A stretch of 63,816 nt of DNA, filler included, from Octopus bimaculoides (GCF_001194135.2; 7 parts of 7 records of this genome joined end to end with filler, not necessarily neighbours in it); one strand, 5' to 3'; numbered from the whole stretch's first letter, positions 1 to 11,974 are shown. Numbers and translations: made by a program. The notes: generated by a model from the letters alone, not told the origin.

Positions 1-392
1 GAACCTTAATTTTAAATATTTAAAAGGAATGAATAAAAAGGATTTTTGTCAAGTTTTTTTTTTTTAAGTTGGAATTTATTAAAAGAAATGAATGATGAAA
101 TTTTTAAAATGTCACAAAATAAATTAATTTCATTTTTCTCTTTTTACATGGCGAGTAATGAAAGAAAAAGCGGCAATATACGATATAACTGCTATTTCTA
201 GCTATCGGATTATCGCAAAGCGATCACTTTGTTAAATCGGATTAAATTTCGTTTGACTGCAACTGTAAACTGGCTTGATAATGATGTCTAACTAACGCAG
301 TTGATCCCTCCTGCTCATTGTTTCTGGCGCTCATATCTGTTACATTTTGGTGACCTGCTGACATGAAAAACGTCACATTTTGGTATACTTAC

Positions 393-532
393 CTTTGCAA
401 AAGGCTCGAATTGTTAAATTCCGCTATGTTGGAGCTAATACACATACTTCTCGACTTGTCTCTGTTAAGCTACAATGCTTGCACCAGCAATCGTTCGATA
501 TTGGTACACGACATCATTCACATGCGCACGCA
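393..532 (-). promoter_or_regulatory. Candidate promoter and non-coding first exon of a minus-strand gene continuing left of the window
   Basis: Strong minus-strand donor AAG|GTAAGT (exon ends 393) about 130 nt from a CpG-containing NRF1-like motif CATGCGCACGCA (521-532); same layout as the ZNF first exon at 25954-26063. Confidence 0.35.
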
Positions 533-600
533 GAACCTTCTCATGACAGACGTGTGATTCTCAGCAATATTTTATTTTTCTTACCTATGGACCCTTACGT

Positions 601-981
601 GGAGGCGCAATGGCCCAGTGGTTAGGGCAGCGGACTCGTGGTCATAGGATCGTGGTTTCGATTCCCAGACCGGGCGTTGTGAGTGTTTATTGAGCGAAAA
701 CACCTAAAGCTCCACGAGGCTCCGGCGGGGGACGGTGGCAAACTCTGCTGTACTCTTTCACCACAACTTTCTCTCACTCTTTCTTCCTGTTTCTGTTGTG
801 CCTGTAATTCAAAGGGTCAGCCTTGTCACACTGTGTCACGCTGAATATCCCCCGAGAACTACATTAAGGGTACACGTGTCTGTGGAGTGCTCAGCCACTT
901 GCACGTTAATTTCACGAGCAGGCTGTTCCGTTGATCGGATCAACTGGAACATTCGTCGTCGTAAGCGACGGAGTGCCAACC
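601..981 (+). mobile_element. Full-length tRNA-derived SINE with 14-bp target-site duplication
   Basis: tRNA-like head with A box (TGGCCCAGTGG) and B box (GGTTTCGATTCC); perfect flanking duplication ATGGACCCTTACGT at 587-600 and 982-995. Confidence 0.9.
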
Positions 982-2839
982 ATGGACCCTTACGTTACCA
1001 TTACAGAAAAGTTGCTTTATACACAGGACTACAACTATGGTAGCTTGGAAGTGACAAAAATTCGATAGCCACCCAAAATTTTGTCTCTCATGACAAATCA
1101 GAGCTTGCATTCTTCCACAAATCCATATGGAACCTTTGTCACATAAATACTTATAGTCACTCAAAAACTCTTTCAAAGCATGCACTTATTTTTTTCTCTT
1201 CGTTTAAGTTTCAGGTAATTAACACAAAACACTCCATGCATTCAAGTTTGTTATTTCTTAATTTGTTTGTTTCCTTTTCATATCTTTCTGTTAACAATAA
1301 TCTCTTCCATTCAAACCTTATTTCTTCACATAAAAGCACGTTTTGTAACACAAATTTAATGCCACATTCAATCCATCACGACAAGTAATTGCCACGCATG
1401 CATGGTTTTATGATGTTCCATTCTGTCGGCTCGCATATTATCTTTCATGCACACTTATCAGAAACTGTCTTATTCTTCCATGGTTTGTGCAACATATTTC
1501 GCCTGAATATTTGCAGTTCTACATCTTTTGTTCAACAAGAAAATAAAAAACATTCATACATACTTACCCTCAGATGTGTTAAACTATTTCTCATTCTTGG
1601 CTGTGTACATCTGATGCCTTCTTGAACCATAGAATGTGTCACTGGCTTCCTTGCTTCACCAGACATCCTAACCACTTATCCGTAAGCGCAGGAAAGAAAT
1701 TTGCTTATCGTGTGCAAAAATAGTTTTTTGGAAGGATGTTGAAAGCCCCAAAGTTTTAGTGCCTGCACTTTACAAACACATTTGTTCAACATCAATTGTA
1801 TTGGGGTGAGCAATAGGACAATGTAATCAATAAATGATTAAATGATCAATGTAATGATAAATAATGTAAAAGCTGAAGATTACAGGCCACACTGTCAAGA
1901 AGATAAATGAGTGAGAAGGCAGAGAGATAGAAAGACAGAGAGGCACTGATAAACAGATTGACAGGCAGGATTGTGAGTCAAGGAGACAGACAAACTGGGA
2001 GAGGAGTAAAGCTGTGAGAGCAGAACAGGTCCTTCAATTTAGAGGAGCTGCATGGCTATTCTGAATTAAGAAGAGGAGGGAAGGATCATGAGGAATCTCA
2101 TGGATCTCAGAAAGAGATTAACATAGTGGTAATGAAGTGTCAGACTTGGCCATCAACATACAAGAATGAATGGGGTAAAGGGAAGAAAAGTGTGGGAGAA
2201 TTGGTGGAGGCTGCAAGAATGTATGAGGGTTAGGTGGAAGGGTGAAGAGATGTAAAAAGTAGGCAATCTGCAATGATGCAAGACACATAGGGAGGGAGAG
2301 ATGGAGTAGGAGGTGACTGAGAATTCAGAGCAGCAGAAGAGTAATGATGATACAGTAGACAGGAGAAGGACAACACAAGTGACATAATGTTGGATAATTT
2401 GCAGGAACAGGTACAGAAGAGTGGGGCAGGATTGATGTAATACATACAAGCATAGTGAATAAACGATTTTTATTACAAATAATACAGCAGTAAGTTACCA
2501 AAGTTACCACAATTATGTCAACACAGTAGTAGTTATATGTAAAACAGCATAATTACATAACTTCTCACTAAATAAACTTAGACGATAACTGTGTATATTG
2601 GTTTTACAATAAAGGTATGGCATGCCTTGCTTATGTAATGTAAAAGGTGACTAAATGGCTGGCATCAAGAAAAGCATTAAGCTTTCAAAGATTATTTCAA
2701 AATAGGAAACAAAAGATTATTGATTAGGAAGAGTCGAGGGTACATATTGCTTCAGTGAATAAAAAATTGACTTGAGAGGTTTATCATTGTGTGAGATAAT
2801 GAATTTGGATAATAATACAGTTATACTTCTAAGTGGATA

Positions 2840-3376
2840 GCTAAGTGGGGAGATAATCTTTTGCCAGGGAATGATTTCTCAGAGATATCACAATATCACT
2901 TTTCTCCTGTCTGAATACATTTGTGAGTATGTAAAACGTTTCTTTGAGAAAATGATACATCACAGATGTCACAGTGATATGGTTTATCTCCCATATGAAT
3001 GCATAAATTAGTAAAATGAAACCTTCATGTGAATGATTTACCACAGATAATACAGCTATATTGATTTCTTGTATAAATATGTTTGTAACTAAGGTATTTA
3101 AATTACAGAATGATTTACTACAGATATCACATTGGTATGGCCTCTTTTGTGTATGAATGTTTGTGTCTACATAAAGCACCATTTATATAGAATGACTTAC
3201 AATGGATGTCACAGTGATATGGACTTTCTCATGTATGAACACATATGTGTTTAGTAAAGTCAGTTGAGAGAATGATTCGCTACAGATATCAGTCATATAG
3301 CTTCTCTGTATGAATGTGCTTAGATTTAGTTAAATGAGTACTTTCAGAAAAATATCTAACACACTGATATAGCTAA
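2840..3376 (-). pseudogene. Decayed C2H2 finger array downstream of the ZNF1 stop codon
   Basis: 84-nt finger periodicity and motifs (e.g. KRPYQCDICSKSF) persist, with frameshifts and stops. Confidence 0.8.
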
Positions 3377-4234
3377 TCACCTGTGAGTACGTTTGTGTTT
3401 AGTTAAGTTACCAGATTGAGAGAATGATTTACCACAAATATCACACTGATATGGCTTCACACCCATATGAATACGTTTATGATTAGTGAGACCGTCATTT
3501 CTAGAGAATGATTTACCACAGATGTCACACTGATAGGGTTTTTCTCCTGTATGAGTACGTTTATGTTTAGTCAAGTGACCAGATTCAGAGAATGTTTTAC
3601 CACAGATATCACAGTGATATGGTTTTTCTCCTGTATGAGTACGTTTGTGGTAAGTTAAGTGAACAGATTCAGAGAATGATTTACCACAGATATCGCAGTG
3701 ATGTGGCTTCTCTCCTGTATGAATACGTTTGTGACTAGTGACAGCATCATTTCTAGAGAATGATTCCCCACAGATGTCACACTGATAGGGTTTTTCTCCT
3801 GTATGAATACGGATGTGTCTGGTTAAGTTGTGAATATCAGTGAATGGTTTCCCACAGATATCACAGTGATAAGGATTTTCACGTGCATGAATACATTTGT
3901 GTGTAGTCAAGAGACTACTTCTAGTGAATGATTTACCACAAATATCACAGTGATATGGTTTTTCCCCTGTATGAGTACGTTTGTGGTTACTTAAGTGACC
4001 AAATTCAGAGAATGATATACCACAGATATCACACTGATATGGCTTCTCTCCTGTATGGATACGTTTATGTCTACTGAGACCATCATTTTTAGAGAATGAT
4101 TTACCACAGATATCACAGCGATATGGTTTCTCATCTCTATTAATACATTTGTGTTTAATGAGGTTACGTTCCAGAGAAAATGATTTTTGACAGACACCAC
4201 AATGGTATGAAGATTTTTCAGTCTCTTTTTGCAT
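3377..4234 (-). CDS. C2H2 zinc-finger protein (ZNF1), 285 aa, 9 canonical fingers plus 1 degenerate N-terminal finger, no effector domain
   Basis: Open frame from ATG 4234 (MQKETEK) to TGA 3377; CxxC-12-HxxxH repeats with TGEKP linkers. The ORF-track start at 4258 is a TTG. Confidence 0.92.
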   Translation of the reverse strand: MQKETEKSSYHCGVCQKSFSLERNLIKHKCINRDEKPYRCDICGKSFSKNDGLSRHKRIHTGEKPYQCDICGISFSEFGHLSNHKRTHTGEKPYHCDICGKSFTRSSLLTTHKCIHARENPYHCDICGKPFTDIHNLTRHIRIHTGEKPYQCDICGESFSRNDAVTSHKRIHTGEKPHHCDICGKSFSESVHLTYHKRTHTGEKPYHCDICGKTFSESGHLTKHKRTHTGEKPYQCDICGKSFSRNDGLTNHKRIHMGVKPYQCDICGKSFSQSGNLTKHKRTHR

Positions 4235-4402
4235 CTCTTCAACAAAATAATGTATCAATCCTTTAAGTCTGTAACATTATTCATTGTTTCAATAGTTTTC
4301 TCTTCTCAGAACAATGTTTATTTTGTTGTTTCACTTTTTACTGTTCATTTATTTCAAATGTTTTATGGCTAATAATCCATCAATTCTGATTTTCATCAAT
4401 AT

Positions 4403-4659
4403 CTGAAAATGCCACAAACATATTTGAAACTTCATCAAAATTTAATTATGAGAAGGCAATTTCATCCCGTACATAATGCAGACTGTACAGGAGAGAAATG
4501 CTGCCATTAATCTTCATTCAGAAGAAATATTTCACTGTAGTTTACCATTGAGTTATATATTTGTTGCATGTAACGTTTTTCTGTAGTCTTTAAGAGGTAA
4601 TTAATGTTGATGATTAATTTGATGTAAGAAATTCTTTGATGTCACAGTTGTCTGATATT
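4403..4659 (-). other. ZNF1 5'UTR exon (4546-4659) and 143-nt intron (4403-4545)
   Basis: Acceptor TATTTCAG at 4660-61, donor TG|GTAAAC at 4545, acceptor TTTTCAG at 4403-04. The same sites and an identical 143-nt intron recur upstream of ZNF2. Confidence 0.55.
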
Positions 4660-4841
4660 CTGAAATAATAGAGAAACAACAGTATAAGATATAGAGGATA
4701 TCTTAATAGCAGAGATAGAATAGTGGAAGTACTACTCCATTTCTACAAAGATAAATTGTAGAAGTAAACAACTGAACTTTACTTTTCAATTTGTTATTAA
4801 AAGAATGTCACACAACATAATGCAAAGCCTATATCACATAT

Positions 4842-5057
4842 CATCATCATCATCGTTTAACGTCCGCTTTCCATGCTAGCATGGGTTGGACGATTTGACT
4901 GAGGACTGGTGAAACCGGATGGCAACACCAGGCTCCAGTCTGATTTGGCAGAGTTTCTACAGCTGGATGCCCTTCCTAACACCAACCACTCAGAGAGTGT
5001 AGTGGGTGCTTTTACGTGTCACCCGCACGAAAACGGCCACGCTCGAAATGGTGTCTT
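4842..5057 (-). mobile_element. 5'-truncated RTE-type LINE 3' end with (GAT)n tail
   Basis: Near-identical to the 3' end of the RT-bearing element at 39268-41812. Confidence 0.8.
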
Positions 5058-5074
5058 ATATATATATATATTGC

Positions 5075-5235
5075 CCCTCTTCCAAAATTCACTTGTCCAT
5101 GATAAAAAGTACTCCTCTAGTACTGTTCTGACCTCATCTACAGAATTCATATTTTTTCCACCCAAATAATTTTGAAGACTGCAGAATAAATAACAATTGC
5201 ATGGGACAATGTCCGGCATATATGATTCCCCCATT
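5075..5235 (-). mobile_element. Mariner transposase C-terminal fragment
   Basis: PDIVPCNCYLFCSLQNYLGGKNMNSVDEVRTVLEEYFLSWTSEFWKRG matches the mariner SPDLAPSDY-LF-SL and FW-RGI region. Confidence 0.7.
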
Positions 5236-5804
5236 ACATAATTACTGTAAAGTGTCAATATTTATAAAATCATGAAATATATCCAGTAGAAAAGGATAAA
5301 ATAATTAATAGAATTTATCAATAAAATAAACGAATTAAAAACCCCTACAAGTAGCTCTCTCTCTCTTTGCCCCTTTATTTCCCTCCTCTATCACCCTCCT
5401 CTCAATCTGTTTACCCTACCATACTCATTCTTTTCTTTTACTTCACAGTATTGTAGTGGAGAAGGTAACTTCGGTAGTGTTGGTACCAAGTACTCTGTGA
5501 AAAGTGATTGGCCGTCTGACAACGTAGTAAAGAAAGGACACTTTAGTTATATTGAAGACAATGCAGTCTATCTAGTGCTTGTGCCATCATAAAATATACT
5601 CAATACATTTTGTAAAGCATTTGGTGTTAAAGAGGGAATCTAGCTGTAGAAACAGTGCCAAGAATTTCTGCCATGAAATAGTAAATAAAATGTTAACAGC
5701 TTTAACAGGTAATTGTAGACAATCGAATACCACAGACACATTGATGCCTGTTTCTAGAGTAACAAACAAAGCTGTTATCTGCTTAAACCACACCATGTGT
5801 ATTT

Positions 5805-6010
5805 AACTTTTATCTTTTACTTGCTTCAATCATTAGACTGCAGACATGCAGGGGCAGCACCTTGAAGAAATCTGAGTTGAATGTATCAACCCCAGTATTT
5901 TTTTTTTTAAAGTCTGGAACTTATTCTATTGGTCTCCTATGCTGAACCACTAAGTTACAGGGACGGAAACAAATCAGCACTGGTTGTCAAGTGATGAGAG
6001 GGGAGAAACA
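5805..6010 (-). mobile_element. Diverged 3' half of the abundant tRNA-derived SINE (family B)
   Basis: Similar to the 3' part of the copies at 12156-12540 and 50820-51228. Confidence 0.65.
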
Positions 6011-7689
6011 CAGACATATGTATGTGTGTATATATATATGTGTGTGTGTGTGTGTGTATACCCATATTTGAATTCTTAAAAACTCAAATATGGGTACAAA
6101 TTGTAAAACCCACAACATTTTATTCCTCTCTCTGTCCCTAAAATATACTACTGTGATTTTAAACCTTATTTAATTTTCTAACAATTTTTGATTTGTATGG
6201 AATCTTAACCCCTTTTCAACTATATACATACATATATATACCTCTCTCTTCCTTACTCTATCATCCCATCTATGCTCTGATCCCTGCTCCTTGGAAGTAT
6301 ACCTTGGCCCCTCGTAGTCATCACTCTCATTGTCTCTCAATCTCTCTCTTTTGTTCATCCCTTGGCTGGGTAACTATGTATCTCTTCTACAGTACACACC
6401 TGTTTTTGCCTTCATTCTTGATCACTCTCTCTCCTTCTTTCTCCTGCTCTTATCTCTGGCCAGGTAACCATGTATCGATCTCCTTTACAATTGCTCCTGG
6501 CGTCTTTCATATTAACTCTCTCTCCTCAGGATAACCGCAAATCTCCTCTTCAGCCCTCATTCTTGAGCAGTATCTCTCTTTCTCTTGCTCTTCCATCCGT
6601 CTAGATAACCATGCATTTCCTTTACAGCAGCACACCTGCACCTGCCCTCTTTCTTGTTTAACTCTGTCCTCTTCTCTGGCTCGTACGTACATAAAAAAGG
6701 GTGCGAGAAAGGGGGAAGGTATTGGGAATGAAGTCGAAACAAAAAACATGCTGAGAACGAATGTATGCGTTCACGGACACACACATATAGACAGAAAAAC
6801 GAACTACGGGACGAGGGGTGACGGAGATGGGTTTAATTGCAAACTAAACAGGAAGTTCTATTACAGAGACACGAATTGACAAAAATAATTATACTGATTT
6901 TACAATAAAAATTCTCATTCTACAGCAAATGTAGGCAATTTACTTGGCGGAGGTAAAAAATATGTACACCACCCGTTTTCGGCGTAACAAATACCCTAAT
7001 CCTAACCTTAAATACCGGGTGGACGTATTCTTTACTTTCGCGATTTACTTTACGTAACACGCAAAAGTTATGCATAAACTTTTAAAAATAATAGATCAAC
7101 ATTTCAAACTGTGGAATTTTTCCAAAACTATTACGTGTTTTCCTACCAACATTATTACCGTATCCTTGAAACGTCACATTAGTCAATTTTCTATACACAT
7201 TATGACATAGCTAAACTTACCGTTTTCAAAATGTGAACAGCGAGACAGTACCCGTTGGAAACGACAGTTTGTCTAAGTTGTTTCCCTTTATAAAATTTAC
7301 TTCCTGAATTATCCAACAGATGGCTCTACTCACTTTCTTTTCTTTTTTGTTTATATTTAAATATAAACAATATGAGAGATCACTGTGTGGAACCCGTGAA
7401 TGCTAAAAATAAACGTCATTTCACTTCACTTTCCCAACTCTCTTTCTCCCGGGAAGCGATGTTTTCATTCCCTGCCGGGAAATTCCATATTTTTTTGAGG
7501 CGGTAAGCTGGCAAAATCATGAGGACGTTCTTAGTTCAAATTCCGCCCAAGTCGACTTTGAGAACTGCTGAAGATATATGAAACTACTGAATAGTGAAGG
7601 ATAAGATGTTTCTCTCATGAGAAACATCATTTGTCACTTTTGCGGTAATTGTTAAGTATAAGGAGTTTTAAAAAGTAGACAAAAATTAA

Positions 7690-8128
7690 GGGGGAGATAA
7701 AAGTGAACAAATGTCTTGCTCGTCTTTATTGAATTACCATCAACACTGCCAACTTCCATTGGGTTTTGTTGAAGCCAAACGTCACATACTTCACAACAGA
7801 AATTACACCAATCTAGGACTGTAGTCCGACTGTTTATGAAACGCATGTGTGACCAGCAATAAATGATCAAAACGATATTGTACAGTGAAATATGGCTTCT
7901 TTCGAAGAACAAAGAGTTATGAACTGATATCCTCCTTTTACAGACCCACGTTTTCCCATCAATAGTGTCACCACGCGTAGTAAGGACACATGGTGAATTA
8001 CAATTTTCACAAGTGCACATATTCATAATTAGCTGANNNNNNNNNNTGTCACCACGCGTAGTAAGGACACATGGTGAATTACAATTTTCACAAGTGCACA
8101 TATTCATAATTAGCTGACGCCGTGCCAA
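7690..8128 (-). mobile_element. Merlin / IS1595(ISXO2)-like DNA transposase fragment
   Basis: CENC zinc-ribbon, FFERSHISL-IIYCWS and TTVLDWCNFCCEVC-L-P-EVG motifs just upstream of where the DDE core would start; truncated. Confidence 0.65.
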
Positions 8129-10404
8129 TCAGTGAAGAATTTTGTCTTCTGATTCGGTTAATATGAGTGATATTCCAAGATTGATTCACAGTTGAGGACT
8201 TCATGTTCAGGAACAATGAATTGCGGTGCCGCTGGTCTTTCACATGCCATTCCAATCAATTCCAAAGTAAAGAATGATGGAACATACTTCGGTGTAAGTA
8301 AAGAATGAGAACCTAGTTATCTCCCCCTTAATTTTTATTTACTTTTTTAAAATCCATATAATGAACAATTACCGCTAAAATCTGAAAGAACTATATTCTT
8401 TTCTTTTCTAGGGANNNNNNNNNNNNNNNNNNNNNNNNNNNNNNNNNNNNNNNNNNNNNNNNNNNNNNNNNNNNNNNNNNNNNNNNNNNNNNNNNNNNNN
8501 NNNNNNNNNNNNNNNNNNNNNNNNNNNNNNNNNNNNNNNNNNNNNNNNNNNNNNNNNNNNNNNNNNNNNNNNNNNNNNNNNNNNNNNNNNNNNNNNNNNN
8601 NNNNNNNNNNNNNNNNNNNNNNNNNNNNNNNNNNNNNNNNNNNNNNNNNNNNNNNNNNNNNNNNNNNNNNNNNNNNNNNNNNNNNNNNNNNNNNNNNNNN
8701 NNNNNNNNNNNNNNNNNNNNNNNNNNNNNNNNNNNNNNNNNNNNNNNNNNNNNNNNNNNNNNNNNNNNNNNNNNNNNNNNNNNNNNNNNNNNNNNNNNNN
8801 NNNNNNNNNNNNNNNNNNNNNNNNNNNNNNNNNNNNNNNNNNNNNNNNNNNNNNNNNNNNNNNNNNNNNNNNNNNNNNNNNNNNNNNNNNNNNNNNNNNN
8901 NNNNNNNNNNNNNNNNNNNNNNNNNNNNNNNNNNNNNNNNNNNNNNNNNNNNNNNNNNNNNNNNNNNNNNNNNNNNNNNNNNNNNNNNNNNNNNNNNNNN
9001 NNNNNNNNNNNNNNNNNNNNNNNNNNNNNNNNNNNNNNNNNNNNNNNNNNNNNNNNNNNNNNNNNNNNNNNNNNNNNNNNNNNNNNNNNNNNNNNNNNNN
9101 NNNNNNNNNNNNNNNNNNNNNNNNNNNNNNNNNNNNNNNNNNNNNNNNNNNNNNNNNNNNNNNNNNNNNNNNNNNNNNNNNNNAATAAAAGAAAACAATG
9201 ATGAAATTGAAAAAAATGTCAAAAAATAAATAAATTTTTTTTTTTCATTGAGATTAATGAAAAAAGCGGCATTATGCAATATAACTGCTATTTCTAGCAG
9301 TCGGATTATGGCATAGCAAAAAGTTAGTTCAGTCACCAGTCGGTGACGACTCAACGAGTTGTCACACCACAACGAAGTCTGGCTGACCAGCTAGAAACTT
9401 GATCAGAGGGAGTAATGAAGCTTATTGTCAGCAACTGTGAGACAACGTCCCACACCCTACAACTCTCACTAGCTCTAATTCTATTCTCTTACAACATCAT
9501 TCTATCACTATCTATGAATTACTACTAACAATTCGTATATGCCAAACTATGCAAAGAAACACTCTACCACATTTTTCTTTTGCCTGCTCTCGGATGTTAT
9601 AGTCTGCCCGGCGAGGCAAGGTATTGTGATGTAATGGTAAATAAATACTTTCTTAAAACTTCGTGCATTGTTCATCTTTCGTATCCTGCAACATACTGTT
9701 ATAACAACTATTCTTAACCGTTACATATATATTGAGAAAAGCATTGTTGCTGTGAGAACGATTATCACCTATGCAAATAATATTTTTCTACATAATTCTA
9801 TTTGATTTTGTAGTAGTAGTAGTAGTAGTAGTAATGATAGTAATGAAAGGCATATACACAAAGCTAAAATAAAATTTAATTTAATAACCTGACAAATTTA
9901 TATTTCAACAAAATAACAGAGTTATTTCCCTTGCTTATCGTTTGTGTCTATGTGAACAAAGAAAAAAAATCATTTTAATTCCATAAACCAAACTTTAATG
10001 AGTATTTATGCCAAATTTTGGTGAAAATCCGTTCAGCCGCTTTCCAGTAATTTTGCAAAGACGAGCGACTACAATACCCTGCATTTGCTAACGTGTGCAG
10101 GGCAATAATTTTGTTTATGTGTGAAGTTTGGTGCCTTCAAACAGAAACACTTGGCAGTGTCTTCATGGTTGTCCAAATTATCTTCCTTTACATCAACGTT
10201 CTCTTTGTTTTTCGTATCTTATGTGAATGGCTAAAGAAGTACCAGACAATATATAATCAAATGAAAGTCTCCCCAAAGAAGAGCTTCAATATAACTACAG
10301 ACCAATGATTAAAATGGATAATAGAAAAGAAAGAATCAAAAGAATCTCTAATGTTTTATAAACAAAAGGAAGTTGATCCATGTCTAAAGCACAACACAGA
10401 CATT

Positions 10405-10790
10405 TTATTGAGTTTTTATGTGTAAGCTGGTTATAGACAGATAGCCTGAGGGTGTATTGCGACTGATGAATCCAGCCTTGTTCATTCTCAAAACGATTGT
10501 ATCATTAGCTTTAAGTTGGTATGTAAACGATGATTGCATTATGGTGTATTGTGACATATCTAAAGAACTACAACTTTTCTTCATAAATACATAATCTTCT
10601 TCATTATTTTTTTTCTGAAACATCAGGGTTACAACTGCTAGAAGGGTATCTTTGGGAATGAGCAATTGTACTGCATAGCTTATTTCATAAATACCATCTT
10701 GTGGCACAAATACGCAGGTTTCATTGACTAACTGAAAGTTGCCTACATTCTGGCTCTCATCTTTCTTCCAATGTAAATAATTTACTCCTT
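10405..10790 (-). CDS. TNF-superfamily ligand, exon 4 (most of the TNF homology domain, 386 nt including TAA)
   Basis: Acceptor TTTTTCTTTTTCAG at 10791-92, phase 1. Translation EGVNYLHWKKDESQNVGNFQLVNETCVFVPQDGIYEISYAVQL...YTIMQSSFTYQLKANDTIVLRM...SGYLSITSL follows THD strands A' to H. Confidence 0.88.
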
Positions 10791-10807
10791 CTGAAAAAGA
10801 AAAAGAA

Positions 10808-11565
10808 TGGTATGGTCATGTGGCAAGAATGGATGAGGATAGCTGTGTGATAAAGTACTACACCTTAGCAGTTGAGGGAAGACCTGGGATGAGGTGGTGA
10901 AGCACGACCTTCGAACAGTAAGGCCTCACCGAGGCAATGACTAGTGACCAAGACCTTTGGAAATATGCTGTGCATGAAAAGACCTGGCAAACCAAGTGAG
11001 ACCATAATCTGCGGCCTCTACCAGGGGTGTAGGCAGCCCACTTTTACGTACCTTTCCTTCATTGGACACTAAACTCTGCTTGCGAAGACCTGTTGAGGCA
11101 TGTGAAATCGAAATCGAAGCAAAGTTTGATGACTGGCACCCGTGCCAACCTTTCCTTCACTGGACTCTAAACTCTGCGTGCGAAGACCTGTTGGGGCAAG
11201 AGAAACTGAAATTGTAATTGAACCAAATTCGATGACTGGCACCTGTGCCAGTGGGGCACTAAGAGAACCATCCAAGCGTGATCATTGCCAGAGCAGTTGT
11301 CTGGCTTCCGTGCCAGTGGTACATAAATAGCACCATTTGAGTGTGATCATTACCAGCGTCGCCTTACTGGCACATGAAAATACATTTGAGCGAGGTCATT
11401 GCCAGTGCCACTGGACTGGCTCCTGTGCAGGTGGCATGTAAAAAACACCATTTTGAGAGCGTGGCCGCTGCCAGTATCGCCTGACTGGCTCTTGTGCCGG
11501 TGGCACATAAAAGCACTCGCTACACTCTCAGAGTAGTAGTAGTAGCAGTCCCATATGTCCCTAAT
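10808..11565 (+). mobile_element. RTE LINE 3' fragment (ORF end plus 3'UTR with internal ~60-bp repeats) in TNF intron 3
   Basis: WYGHVARMDEDSCV and WDEVVKHDLR C-terminal RTE motifs; 3'UTR shared with 39268-39790. Confidence 0.8.
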
Positions 11566-11647
11566 TACAATAACAGTTGACCCATGTCTTTCAAAATAAT
11601 TAACTCATGCTTGTCATAGCACTTAATTACAATGGTAACATACTTCA

Positions 11648-11757
11648 CCTAATTTCCCTCCTGCTAACCCTAACCCTGTCCCTAACCCTAATTTCCCTCC
11701 TGCTAATCCTAACCCTAACCCTAATTTCCCTCCTGCTAATCCTAACCCTAACCCTAA
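11648..11757 (+). repeat. Minisatellite containing telomeric CCCTAA units
   Basis: Three to four copies of CCTAATTTCCCTCCTGCTAA(C/T)CCTAACCCTAAC. Confidence 0.8.
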
Positions 11758-11926
11758 CAGCACAACTTAACCCAAGTATGAAATAGCAATCACATGTCTA
11801 TAATGAAAGTATTTTAATTAACACTGTAATAGTAAGAATTAGCTTAAATCTCTAACTTTAAATATCTAAGCAGGTAATTCGAATTACGAGAAAAAGTATG
11901 CAATAAAACTGTATAAATTAGCTTAC

Positions 11927-11974
11927 CTAAATCTGTGTAACCACTTGATTTTAGGTGGAAGAAGGCATGGTGGA
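11927..11974 (-). CDS. TNF-superfamily ligand, exon 3 (48 nt, THD strand A: FHHAFFHLKSSGYTDL)
   Basis: Acceptor CTTTGTATCTTACAG at 11975-76, donor TAG|GTAAGC at 11926; phase 1 to phase 1 keeps the frame open. Confidence 0.85.

Noticed and set aside
170-230. Match between 170-230 and 9260-9320 as a specific duplication
   Set aside because: The CTGCTATTTCTAGC core also occurs at 55910 and 57217 (reverse), so it is probably a dispersed repeat fragment.
601-672. tRNA genes (also SINE heads at 12156, 16658, 41820, 50820)
   Set aside because: A and B boxes are present but run into SINE bodies, with no clean cloverleaf or terminator.
7968-8116. 69-bp direct duplication in the Merlin fragment
   Set aside because: Identical copies flank a 10-N gap; typical unmerged contig overlap.
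8347-9372. Long ORFs spanning N runs (also 36984-37685, 39754-40480, 43456-43837, 48092-48666, 59157-60331)
   Set aside because: Open only because Ns translate as X; flanks are microsatellites.
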